Below the pieces are notes generated by a model, which had not been told where the DNA came from, did not search any database, and saw only the letters and a list, made by a program, of their open reading frames with translations. A stretch of 64,000 nucleotides of DNA, from assembly GCF_037042905.1 (NCBI RefSeq), contig NC_087251.1:11596001-11660000 (forward strand), written 5' to 3'. How positions within the stretch are numbered: the first letter of the stretch is position 1; the number at the start of each line of letters is the position of its first letter. Positions 37,104-49,095 of the stretch are shown one piece after another. The DNA is from Lytechinus pictus (taxonomy: Eukaryota). A program made the translations under genes and the position numbers.

Positions 37104-38335
37104 CAGGCCTCTACAAATTTTTTTTCGTCACTTGCCCAGTTGGGCAAGTGATGAACAAATTTGCTTGCCCGATAGAAAAAACTGCTTGCCCACAATTTGT
37201 TTTATAATTTTTTTTTATTATGACGGCACTGCTCTTACTTTTAAAGGTCATACAAAATAATTGAGAATCGTGATTCAGTATAAAAGAACACACATTTAAA
37301 AGGATATTTTCAGCAAAGAAGACCTGAGTCATTACGTTTATTTTGAAAAAAAACTTCACTATTTTATGGGCTTTTAAGGTTTAAAAAAAAACCTTCACCA
37401 AAAGTTGCTAAAAATTCATATTTTGCATCTTTAAATCAACGAAATGGTTATCTGTTTGCCATATTTCCTTAGAATTGTTTTCATTTAGTTGGAAACTATA
37501 AAGAAACCAGTGGAAAATATTCAGCGCTTTATTGACTATGAAAATTCTTTTTATGATGTAAAATAAAATTTAAAAAAAATCATCAAAAGTGGAGTGGCTA
37601 GAATTTCACGTTTTGCATAGATCTTTAAATCCATGAAATGGTCATTTATTTTCCGTATTTCCTTGATTAAAAAAAAAAATTAGTTGGAAACCATCAAGAA
37701 AATTAAGAATATTCACCTCTCTCTTGTCTTTTATCCATCATTTTATGATGTTGCATTCGGTCAATTTTTTTTTTATTGTAGTCACACATGCAGACTTTAA
37801 TGGGTTTTTTTCATGGTGTTGCAACATCAACAGAAAACAATCGTTGATCATTTGATCGTTTTGATCGTTTTACACTTGGTCAACACCAAGAAAGTCTACA
37901 TGTGGGACCACAATAATAAAAAACATTTACCGAGTGTAACATCATCATAAATCAGAGTCAAGAAAGAGCTGAATATTCTTCATTTTTTCGGTAGTTTCCA
38001 ACTAAACCAAAACAATTTCAAGGTAATATGGAAAATAGATAGCCATTTTGGATTTTTGCAAAATGTGAAATTTTAGCCACTTTTGGTGGTCATTGCACAC
38101 ATAGAATGTAAGATGCGAACGAGGTACCTGGCGATAAATTATTGGTAATTGGCGCTGATTTTACATCACTTTCCACTGTTTTTTTTACTGGTTTGACATT
38201 ATTTGAGAGATTATCCAAAAGATATAGGGTTCATTTCCAGAACAACCACTTGCCCGATCGGGCAATTTAGTTTGAGAAGTGCTTGCCCGCACATCATTTT
38301 CACTTGCCCCGGGCAAGCGGGTTTATCGCGCCCTG
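37104..38335 (+). mobile_element. Non-autonomous hAT-like element, copy 2 (same family and orientation)
   Basis: Colinear with 35248-36564 from end to end; no clean TSD. Confidence 0.8.
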
Positions 38336-38898
38336 CCTCTGACATACTAAAAAGAAAATGATTGGGACTAAGCAGTGGGATTTAAAGTCTGACTGGGAGC
38401 CAGGGACACCAGTGTTCTGAGTGTTTTGTATTAAATGTGCATATTTATTCACAATCTATTTCTGTAAGTACTAATGACTAATGACTAATAAATTTGATTA
38501 TACATACAATGGACACATTCTAATGTAGATCACAAGGAGCTTTTAGTTTTATATTTGCACATTGACAATAGTTGACTGCCATGTAGTGATGCCATTTAAG
38601 ATATGTATGCATGACAATCTGTCCCTATAAAAATTGAGGATGGATAAACCAATATTGATTTTTACAAGATGTAATGTGTTGCCAGTTAATAGGGGCCACT
38701 AAAAGACAATTGGGAGTTACAATATGTGTTCACTGGTCATTTACATGTACATCAATGTAGTGAGTGTGGGGGGGGGGGGGTACTCAGAGTTGTAATGGTT
38801 AGGGATGTATGGCCCCAAACATTGAAACCATACCCATGAGAACAGAAGTTGCTTGTGAATGGGGGTGCTTGGGAATTGGAATTTAACATTCAATGGAG

Positions 38899-39355
38899 CC
38901 CGGGGGGGGCCAGTCAAATATATTGCTGTACACACGCATGACCAAAAAACAAGTTTAAAGGGGTGTTTTTTCAGTTTTGGACGCGGTCCGCGCATGGACT
39001 GTTAAGGGTATCAAAAACACAGATTTTCAAGAAAAAGGGTGTTTTGAAAGACCGGTCAATGGTCAATTGCGGGGTCAAACTTATTTAGGGTATTTTTTTC
39101 CCCCAAAGCTTTGTTTTAAAGACTAGCCAAACGTGTTTACATGTAGGATATGTTTTTTTCCCGAGCTTTTTCCCCCGAGGTCATATTTTGGCGACATCTT
39201 GTTTAGGGGCCAAAATGTGTAAATTAAGCCCGCGAAAAACTTGTTTTAAGGTGGGCTATTTTGCACACACAGAAAAACTCATTTAGGGGGTGTTTGGAAA
39301 TTTCTTGGTCATGCGTGTGTACAGTAATATATTTGACTGCCCCCCCCCCCCCTGG
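38899..39355. mobile_element. MITE with CCCGG(G)n termini
   Basis: TIR CAGTCAAATATATT.CTGTACACACGCATGACCAA; flanks CAATGGAG and TAATGGAG. Confidence 0.8.
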
Positions 39356-40990
39356 TAATGGAGTCTTCAGAAATGTCAATACGCCAGCAACGCATTGAAA
39401 AGCGTGCCAATGCACACATACAAATTTTATCCACATCCACAGGGGTGCCGTCTTGTGCTCATTTTCTGAGCCGCGGGGCTTAGGATGGGATAGTTGAATA
39501 AAGTTTTGGGGGCTTACAGAACTGCGTAGCTAAAGGAATGAAGGAAAGTGGGTTGGTCCATGAAAATAATGATGTGAATACACGTACATGTAGGGGGTCA
39601 TTATAGGGTTGACATCCTAACACTTTAAACTCTGTTCTACATAGTACTATGTGAATCCACCTTTGTTGAAAAATTTGATACCAGATTACCAGAATATTAT
39701 TCAGTTTAGGTATTCATTATTACAACCAATTAGGGCTACGCATCCCTGGTTGCACTTCAATACTGATGTATAGGACTACATGCATGACCAATTGACCATA
39801 GGTTTTCAAAACCAGCGTAAAACACTATTTTTGTATCAATTTGTTAAATATACCCTTTGAAATATTTCCACATGTTTTTTCAATAGAAATACAGCTAATT
39901 AAGGAATTTAAATTATACATGTACATGTAGTCTCACCAAAATCCAGACAAATTTGGGGGAAAGGATACAGTAAACATGATTTGACCAAGGAGATATCTCC
40001 TTGATGTGACAAACCTTTGCTTCATTTTCCAAGATCTTTTACTTCTGATTTTGGGCATTTTGACACCCATATTGCATCATCCACATCATGCTTTGACCAG
40101 CAAAATCTGCCCTTTTTATGACTTTTCTGGTCGTGCGTGTGTACAGCAATTGTTAGTGCCCCCAGGAAGTTGTCTCTACGTTCCCTTGTACAAAATACTC
40201 TCAAACATATCCATTTGAAATTTACACTGTCTTTAATTTTTTTTTTTGGATCTAAAATAGCCTTACTTTTTCCTTGTTCACTTTCTTTCATTTTACCACT
40301 CTATTTTTCTTCTTTCATACCAATCTTGATATGGAAATTCCAGTAGAGTTTGAAGTGCTTCTGCTGTCCCTAACTGTCATATAGTGTATACATCGACGTG
40401 TAACTGTCCAATCATTCCTGGATTCTGGCTTTTTCTTGTGAACCTTTAGGAACACATGTAATAGCCCTTCATTTCCTTGAAGTCATGGATTGTACCCCAG
40501 CACCCCTTTAAAATTTAGTTGTGTGAACTTCCAGATAGTTCCCTTGGGCCTGACTTGGTAAACCCAGTTATAAAATGTACTCTTTGGACAGCCCATTAGA
40601 GGCTACATTATGAATTAAAGCGATCCTCCATTGACAAATCATGGGTAAATCAAGGCTAATCTCAGAACAGAAAAAGGATTTAATTACATGTAATACCCCT
40701 TTCATACTGTGCTTTTCCCGGTGAACTTCGCTGGCGAAGGGGAAAGTGTCCAGTATGAAAGGTACGCCGGAGAACTTGCCCGGCGAATTTGCCCGGCGAA
40801 TTTCCCCGGCGAAGTTCGCCGGTGAAACGGCCAGTATACAAGCTAACCGGAGGACTTCTCCTCTTTAATGATGTCAGAGGTCATTTTTTCTCCTCGAAAT
40901 CCCCTGAACTGAGATTCCGAGCGCTAGCTAGCTATTATTTCCTCGGCTAAATGTGGAAGGCCACCTTTATGAGCGATCCGAAATTTTATC

Positions 40991-41416
40991 CAGCGCGCGA
41001 CACTGGCACTGGTCCGACGGTCCCAGACCAGTAAAAATTGCTGTCGGGCCAGTAACTTTTCAAAAATAGCCAGATATACTGGTCTGACATAACCAGTATA
41101 AAATATATCAAACAAATATAAATGATATTTTCTCCTCTTTAGTAAATAATAAAAATGGCTTTGGCACCTTAAAAAATGGTTTTCCAAAATTGAGAAATGG
41201 TTCTCATGAATGATGTTGCATGTGTGTATGTGTTTACTTTTTATTGATATATATTTTTTTTGGGGGGGAATAAGTCTTCATGATTTCCTTTCTTTTGGAG
41301 GACCAGTAAATTTTAGGTTGGGACCAGTAAAAAAATTGAAAAATTGGGTATCTACATTACTGGTCCAAAATGAATAGGTTGGACCAGTATAAAAAAAGGG
41401 TTAGTGTGGAGCCCTG
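40991..41416. mobile_element. hAT-like MITE with GGACCAGT subterminal repeats
   Basis: Ends CAGCGCGCGACACT and AGTGTGGAGCCCTG; multiple ACTGGTCC/GGACCAGT motifs. Confidence 0.6.
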
Positions 41417-42624
41417 CTATACAATGGGGATAAAATGTCCCCATGTGTATTTTTATTTCAATAAATTTCTGTACAGTGTACATGTGTGTACAAACAAGCT
41501 GCACAAAAAAACATTTTGTGTGGCAGTTACATGTAAAATGCATGGCAGAATGCTTAGACAATTGCAATGCTATACCAGGGATATAATTCTGTCACATGCA
41601 GACACAGGGCCTTATCTTAAGGTTTAAGTGTACATACAGTATAAGCAGAAAGCACTAATTTTACAAGGAAGTAATCAAATCATACATGAACAATTATCTT
41701 CCGCGATTTCGAATGCAAATATGTGAAGTAGATTTCATTCATATTCAACAGATTCATTGAATTGCAAACAAACAAACCGAACCATGAAAGCACTTGTATA
41801 CATGTAAACCAATGGGTATGACTATGGATTATCTTTTCACAGTTCACATGCAGAAGTGCACAAATAATTCAAAAGTAGTTCACATTTCATGGTTGGGTAG
41901 TATTAATCACTTTGCCTTTCTGTACAGTATTGAGCACTGACTGCTTTTCCATTTCCTGATTGAAAATGTAAAAAGGTGGGACTACAGTACAGTGAACATG
42001 TAAAAAGTGCATCAGTGGTTTTCAACATCTGTTTCACTAATGGCCCACTTTTACTTTCAAAATAAATCTTTTGTGACCAAACTTCATTCTTGATTTATTT
42101 ATGAGAACATCTTTCAGAATTCTAAATTTCAAATGAGAGAGAAAACAATACCCACTGAAATTATATGAAATATAAAAACAAGGAAAAATTGACATAATGT
42201 GGTGGGCCCCTTATTACAAGTACATGCATGTAAATATCATTCATACAGAAATTGCTGGATGAATTTTCTTCTTAACATTGCATTGGTAATATTATTTCAT
42301 GCTATTATGTGGTTGGAGTAAACAGTTCAATATCATTCAAGCTCACTCCCTCCAAAGCCTACCCGACGAGTCCGCCGACCAACACGCACAGAATGCCACC
42401 ACTGACATACCTACCACGACGCCGACACACACACACGCCGCCGGAACTCACCCCGCCGTCTACACACCGCGTCCGCATACCAACGCTAACTCGTTTCCCG
42501 CCAAACCGCCGACCCACACACAGAGCACCACCTACGACGTCAGCCCGCCGTGACCGCCGGCCCAGCGCTTTCCCCCACGTCCGCACGCACGCCACAAGTA
42601 CCGCCGCACGCCGAGCGAACACTC

Positions 42625-42665
42625 ACTCCTGAAGACGGACAGTCAACCTGTCCGAAACGTCGAGT
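42625..42665 (+). ncRNA. Minimal type-I hammerhead ribozyme in the 5' pLTR (predicted cleavage after C42661)
   Basis: ACUC-CUGAAGA-C-GGACAG(UCAAC)CUGUCC-GAAA-CG-UC-GAGU: core CUGANGA/GAAA/UH, 6-bp stem II, stem I ACUC/GAGU, vestigial palindromic stem III (ACGU). Confidence 0.85.
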
Positions 42666-42917
42666 CTCTCTACTACTCATCATCTCTACTCGCCGACTCA
42701 AGCCAGCATCTCCTCATCAGCTCTACTACTCAAGCTGTTCTCAACTCATCAAACTTTCCTGGTTTACAGTCCTTTTCAGGACTACTTTCAAGAAAGAATA
42801 CTCTACTCTCAAATCTCCACTTTCTCGCCTATCCATTTCTTCTCTTCTTCTATCCACTGTTTCTATAACACTCCACATGTTGTACCGTAAACCACATCAG
42901 CGATTGTACATGCCACC

Positions 42918-45563
42918 ATGCAAACCTTCAAACAACATCTGACTCAGCTCTACGGGGAGCCTACTCAACGCACCGCCAGGCAACTTAAGCGCGACCTAGT
43001 TAAATCAGCTAAGCTTACCAACCACCTCACCTTCCTCAAACGCTGCCGCCACTCCGACATCATCCCGCCAGGAGTACAACTCAAATCTTCCGTTGACACC
43101 CTGAAAGCCAAACGCATCCTGCACTAAGCCAGCTTAGACCTTACTCGTGAACGCACTGCACGCACCCGACACCAACTCCACGATCTCAACTCAAGCATCG
43201 CTTCTACTCAAACCCAACTTAGCCAACGACTCAAGCCAGACGATCTAGACAAAGTTCAGGGATTCAACAACTACACATCTCGCAAAGCCTTCCAGTCCAC
43301 CAAACTGAAGCAAATGAACAAGTTCGACCGACTCCACTCCCGCAAGCCTTCACAAGCCAACCAACAACCTTCGACCGAAGCAACCAAGGACACCGTAATC
43401 AACCTTAGCCGACACCAACTTACCCAAGCCGAACACAAAGTACTCTCCCTTGGACTCAACTTCGCCGTAGCTCCTAAGAAGATCCCTTTCTCGGACATAG
43501 TACAGCAAGTCGAACCCAAGCTCCGCTTTCTCTCCTAAGCGGCAGCCAACGAAATTAGACTCAAAGTGACCAATGCCCTCTCCGACGCAAAGCCACCTAA
43601 ACAAAACCTCTCCAAAGAAGAACACTCTGCCATCCAGGACCTCCGACGTAACCAAGCCATCCACATCCTTCAGGCTGACAAGGGCAACGCCACCGTTGTC
43701 ATGGACCAAGACGTATACGATGACAAGATCGAAGACATTCTCCAAGACAAGGACACCTACTCCAAACTCAACAGAGACCCAACTCCGGCCAATGAAAGGA
43801 AAATCAACCAACAACTGCTGACCCTACACCGATCCGAGGCACTACCCAAGGCACTCTACTTCCAACTCAGATCTTCTTCAGCCAAGTCACCTATCCTATT
43901 CGGACAACCCAAGATACACAAGCCTAACACTCCTCTCCGTCCTATCATCTCCACCCGCAGGTCACCCTGCTACACCACAGCACGCCATCTGGCCAACATC
44001 CTCCAGCCACTCGTAGGCCAAACCCAGCACCATGTCACCAACTCCAAGCACTTCATTGACATCATCTCCAAGACCAAGATCCGGCCCTCCGACACACTCG
44101 TTAGCTTTGATGTCGTCTCCCTCTTCACCAGCGTACCTGTAGACCAAGCATGTGACATCATCAAGCAACGCCTGATCACCGACCCAGACCTCGCATCCAG
44201 AACCAATCTCACACCAGACCAGATCCACGACCTCCTCCTCACCTGTCTCAACTCCAACTCCTTCAAATGGCGCAACAGCTAATACAAACAACTACAAGGA
44301 GCAGCCATGGGCTCACCTCTCTCACCAATCATCGCTAACATCTTCATGGAACATTTCGAGCACCAAGCACTCAAGACTGCGAACAAACCTCCTTCACTCT
44401 GGCTCCGCTACGTCGACGACACCTTTGTCATCTGGCCGCACAGCACACCCGACCTTCACCAGTTTCTCAACCACCTCAACCTCCAGCACCCCAGCATCAA
44501 GTTCACCATGGAGACCCAACGCGACAACTCAATTCCTTTTCTAGACATTCTCATCACCAAGACACCATCTGGATTCCTATCTCACCAGGTGTACCGGAAA
44601 CCCACCCACACAGACCGCTACCTCAATTTCCGCTCACACCACCACCCATCTGTCCACCAATCAGTCGCCAACACTCTCATCAGACGAGCCCACCAACTCA
44701 GCGACAAGGCGCACTTACAACAGGAACTCAAGCACGTGACCAATGCACTCACCACCATCAACCATTACCCCAGGAGAAGGATCAACACTCAACCGTCCAG
44801 CCACCAACCCAGCACCAACAGCACCGAAAACCCATCCGAAACCAAGCCGATCGCCACCATAGTACTTCCCTACATCGGCAAGACTTCACACCGACTACAA
44901 CGCATCCTTCACTCTGCCAACATCCTCGTCAGACACCAATCCTCTCGCAAGCTACACTCCATCCTTCACTCTCACAAGGACAAGCACCCATCCAACAAGC
45001 AACCAGGCGTCTACAGGATCCCCTGCGACTGCGGCAAAGTCTACATTGGAGAAACCGGCCGAGACTTCGACACCAGACTCAAGGAACACAAGACCCACCA
45101 CCGACGCAGCGACTGGGACCGATCTGCCATCGTCAAACACGCACAACAGGAAAATCACCGCATAGACTGGGACAAGAGCCACCTAATCACCAACATCCGG
45201 CACTGGAATACCAGAAGGGTCAGGGAAGCCATTGAGATACATCAACACAACACCGTGTCTCAAGACCCTGGCCTCCACATCAACAGCATCTGGCACCCAA
45301 TTCTACGTCACCACCCAACTTCCAACCAATCCACAACCAACCCGCCGTCCACCGTCACACCACCAAGCCCTCCTACCCAACACAGCAGTCTGATTGCATC
45401 ACCAACTCAACCAGCGACTTCACCGACGCACACACCACCGACACCTCGCTACAACCTCCGCCGAAGACCCAACACCTCATCCGTTCACCAGGCCACCCAC
45501 TCACTCCCTCCGAAGCCTACCCGACGAGTCCGCCGACCAACACGCACAGAACGCCACCACTGA
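42918..45563 (+). pseudogene. PLE polyprotein (reverse transcriptase + GIY-YIG endonuclease); one reading frame interrupted by three TAA stops (43125, 43536, 44280)
   Basis: ORFs starting 42918, 43314, 43566 and 44307 share one frame; motifs ADKGNATVVMD, PKIHK..PLRPIIS, SFDVVSLFT, GAAMGSPLSP, RYVDD, YRKPTHTDRYL, GVYRIPCDCGKVYIGETGR...RLKEH, REAIEI. Confidence 0.95.
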
Positions 45564-45782
45564 CATACCTACCACGACGCCGACACACACACACGCCCCC
45601 GGAACTCACCCCGCCGTCTACACACCGCGTCCGCATACCAACGCCAACTCATTTCCCGCCAAACCGCCGACCCACACACAGAGCGCCACCTACGACGTCA
45701 GCCCGCCGTGACCGCCGGCCCAGCGCTTTCCCCCACGTCAGCACGCACGCCACAAGTACTGCCGCACGCCGAGCGAACACTC

Positions 45783-45823
45783 ACTCCTGAAGACGGACAG
45801 TCAACCTGTCCGAAACGTCGAGT
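45783..45823 (+). ncRNA. Minimal type-I hammerhead ribozyme in the 3' pLTR (predicted cleavage after C45819)
   Basis: Identical to the 5' pLTR copy, 3158 nt downstream. Confidence 0.85.
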
Positions 45824-48800
45824 CTCTCTACTACTCATCATCTCTACTCGCCGACTCAAGCCAGCATCTCCTCATCAGCTCTACTACTCAAGCTGTTCTC
45901 AACTCATCAAACTTTCCTGGTTTACAGTCTTTTTCAGGACTACTTTCAAGAAAGAATACTCTACTCTCAAATCTCCACGTTCTCGCCTATCCATTTCTTC
46001 TCTTCTTCTATCCACTGTTTCTATAACACTCCACATGTTGTACCGTAAACCACATCAGCGATTGTACATGCCACCATGCAAACCTTCAAACAACATCCGA
46101 AATAACACTTGTGTTGTGCCACCATTCAATAGGGTGCTATCCTCTCACAATATCAGTTGGTTTGATACTAACATCATAGTCCCCACTTCAGTGAATCAGT
46201 TGAGAATTGCTATTGAACATCAAGGTAAAGACCTTGTTTATATACAAGTACCCCCTAACCCCCACCCCATCTTCCTATGCTTCACTCTCGGTTTCAGTCA
46301 CCCTATAGTAAATGTCTTCCTTCCTGTTCACTGTTGAAATTAAAATGTGTTAAATTTAGAACAGAACCTCACCTTCCCCCTTCACCCATGGAAACCTAGG
46401 TTTATCAGTCTTACTAAGTCTTACTCTATGACTATCTTGTGTGATAAATATTAGGGCTATACCTGCACAGTGTCACACAAAATGTAAATTAGGCCTAAAT
46501 TTAAATCAAAAGTTTCTTGATGGCTTTATAGAGAGAAAGGCTATTGGGGTCAATAAAAAAAATCCTCCAATTGGCCAATCAGCCAGCCGTGACACACATT
46601 GGATCTTGGGATCTTAAATAATAGATCTGTCCTTTACGAATAAATATTTAAAACTAGATTGTTGCTCAAGTTTTTGTAAGAAAAGTAGAAAACCCTAAAA
46701 TACTTGAGCAACCATTTGATTACATACAATTTTGTAGACACTCCCCCGACACTGGACATCACTTAAAGCGCCCTGCCATTGACAAATCATGGAGAAATTG
46801 AATCAATACGAAATTTGCAAAAGGCCAATTGACTTGCATAATATAATCTGTCCGTCATGAACGCCCGTCGGACTAATGCGATAATGATATTTCACATTTT
46901 GCTCAATATCAAGATTTTTAATAGCTAGGCATGGATACATTATGGTCTGACGCTGTGAATGAATAATCCCGAGTGCGTCTGCACCTGCAAATTAGCGGGA
47001 TAATTCAAGAATAGCACACGATTTTGCAAATAATCCTAAGTTAACCTAGGATTGCAATCTCGAGATTAATCCAGCAAACTATCCCAATGATTGCATCTCC
47101 ATTACAAATAATCACAAGATTGTTCAGATCGGGATAATTTGCCAGATCAGAGATAGCGCGATTACAGTATATGAAAACCCGGGCTGGTGCAGACGGCCCT
47201 ATTCTTAGGATTAAACGTTTAAGTGTAACACATGACAACACGCAAAGTACACAACACCCCCTCCTCTCTCTCTCTCTTTCTTTCTTTCTCTCTCTCTATC
47301 CCTCCCCTTCTTTATATCTCCCATTCTCATTTCTTACTTTTTCTTATCCTCCTAGTCCATCATACAATGTAAAACACATCCATATGCTGTCAGTGGACTC
47401 ACAAAAATCAAGCAAAATCAGCAACACACATGTTATGCGGCGGAGGTGGGGGGCTACATGTACTCTAATTATTACATGATACCTATGTGCTACACCAAAG
47501 GTTAAAATAAGGGGTTCTGGAATTAAATATAAGTCTTAAGGGTCTCAGGAACGGCTATACATGTAGGATCAACGATTGCTAAAAATACAATGCAGTGGAA
47601 CTGTACAAAGTCTGTTGATTTGCGTGTTTTGGTGTGTTGCATGAATACGCATCAAATTGGTCATGACGTTGTTGTAGTCTGCAGGCATAGATCCTGATTG
47701 GAACTTTGATCAACAAGTGTGCCTCCATGCAAAGACTAGCACATACAAAACTCGCTGTTCCAATACAGGCTTCAGTACATAAGGCATGAGTAGGCCGCAC
47801 ATTCAGACCCTTAACTCGAGTGAAGGGTTTGCCCAGCAGACCATTGTTTCTGCGTGTTGGACCAATCAGCAGTGTCTGAATCGCTGACTTCGCTGTGCAG
47901 AGCCTTGGCTGTCCATTGAATGCAAATCACCACTGTGCTGCGCTGAGTATGAGCAGGCATGGAACGAGAAAACAACGAAATGAAGGGTCTTTTCACTATT
48001 GGATCACAATTTAAAAGTATCAAACTTATATTAATGACTCTAGGATAGTTGTTTTGATTCGGGATGAAAAGTACTTTTTGCTGATTTTCGCAATTTGATA
48101 CCCTTTTTCATTGTAGTACATATAGTACATATCCCAGGCAGTAAAAACAACCCGTGGGAGCATGATAGTGCCACCTTTGTACTTGCACTGCCCCCACCCC
48201 CATATCCCATCTTGATACATAACATGCATGAATGAGAATAAGTTTTACATTGTATTGAAAAAATATGCCGTCTTATGATTCCAGCACCAGGTAGGCTAGG
48301 CAGAGATGTGTTTCATCATGTCTGGTGTAGGCTTCAGCTCTTGGTTACAAGAATCATCCTGGTTTCCATGGCAACCTTGGAAAAACCCAAATTAATGGAA
48401 ATTAAAAATAAGCACAATACAGAAGTTGAAAGACTCAAGGCTGTTGTTACAACACAAAGGATGGAATTACTTTTGTAAAAGTATCTCCTTGTTCTGATGT
48501 AATTAAGGGCCTTTTCACATGTGAATTATGAATCATCATTGTAATAATGATTGCAATTTGTCTTTAGAATCATCGGACCAAATCCAAAACTTGAAATTCA
48601 AATAACTTTCTTAATATTTAATGGATTTTCCTCAAAACTTCCCCAATATTTTTTATTATTTTTCTGCTTTTTTTACAACAGAGTTTTTATCAGGGTGAAT
48701 TTCCCCTTTAAGAGAAACCCCCGGTAAAAAATTAAAAAATGATGAAAGTACATGTTCATGTAGATTGACATTATTTTCTGTGGGTTACCGTATACATTGT

Positions 48801-48995
48801 TACAAATACTTAACCTTCAGACAGGCAAAATGCCAGGTATTTTTGTGATCAGGCAAGTGTAAAAGGGGTTCCTTATTTCAGGCAGTTTTATGCCTGTAAT
48901 AGTATTCATATTTATTGGGGGGAATTCATGTTTTATGTATCTTTTAAAAAAATAATAATAAATTTGAATGTTTTATCTATTATATATTTCTTCAG

Positions 48996-49095
48996 AGTTT
49001 TCAGCAGCATTGGACAAGGCTGATGATTTGACAGGTGAAACTCACTGTGTTCTAATATCAGGTATCATCAGTACTCCCACACGAGAAGCAGAGCT
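48996..49095 (+). other. Candidate 100-nt internal exon of an unidentified gene
   Basis: tttcttcag acceptor and gtgagt donor; one frame open (FSAALDKADDLTGETHCVLISGIISTPTREAE); no homology recognised. Confidence 0.3.

Larger units (their letters stand above)
42342..46097 (+). mobile_element. Penelope-like retroelement (Penelope/Poseidon type) flanked by direct pseudo-LTRs
   Basis: ~598-bp direct repeats at 42342-42939 and 45500-46097 (about 10 mismatches by eye) flank an RT + GIY-YIG reading frame; strongly C/A-rich sense strand. Confidence 0.95.

Noticed and set aside
42342..42939. True LTR retrotransposon
   Set aside because: No TG...CA ends, PBS, gag, protease or integrase; the RT-GIY-YIG architecture identifies a PLE
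42299..42942. Overlapping Pro/Thr-rich ORFs and antisense ORFs in the PLE as separate genes
   Set aside because: Artefacts of the C/A-rich strand bias and of the pLTR duplicating the ORF's C-terminus
43125..44282. Three in-frame TAA stops in the PLE as evidence of readthrough or a variant genetic code
   Set aside because: The contexts suggest different ancestral residues, each one substitution from TAA (e.g. AAA, CAA, TAC). TAA also terminates the Harbinger frame in this window. Ordinary nonsense decay explains them.
46465..46490. Second CACAGTG heptamer followed by ACAAAA
   Set aside because: Spacer of only about 4 nt, no partner end and no TSD; a chance match
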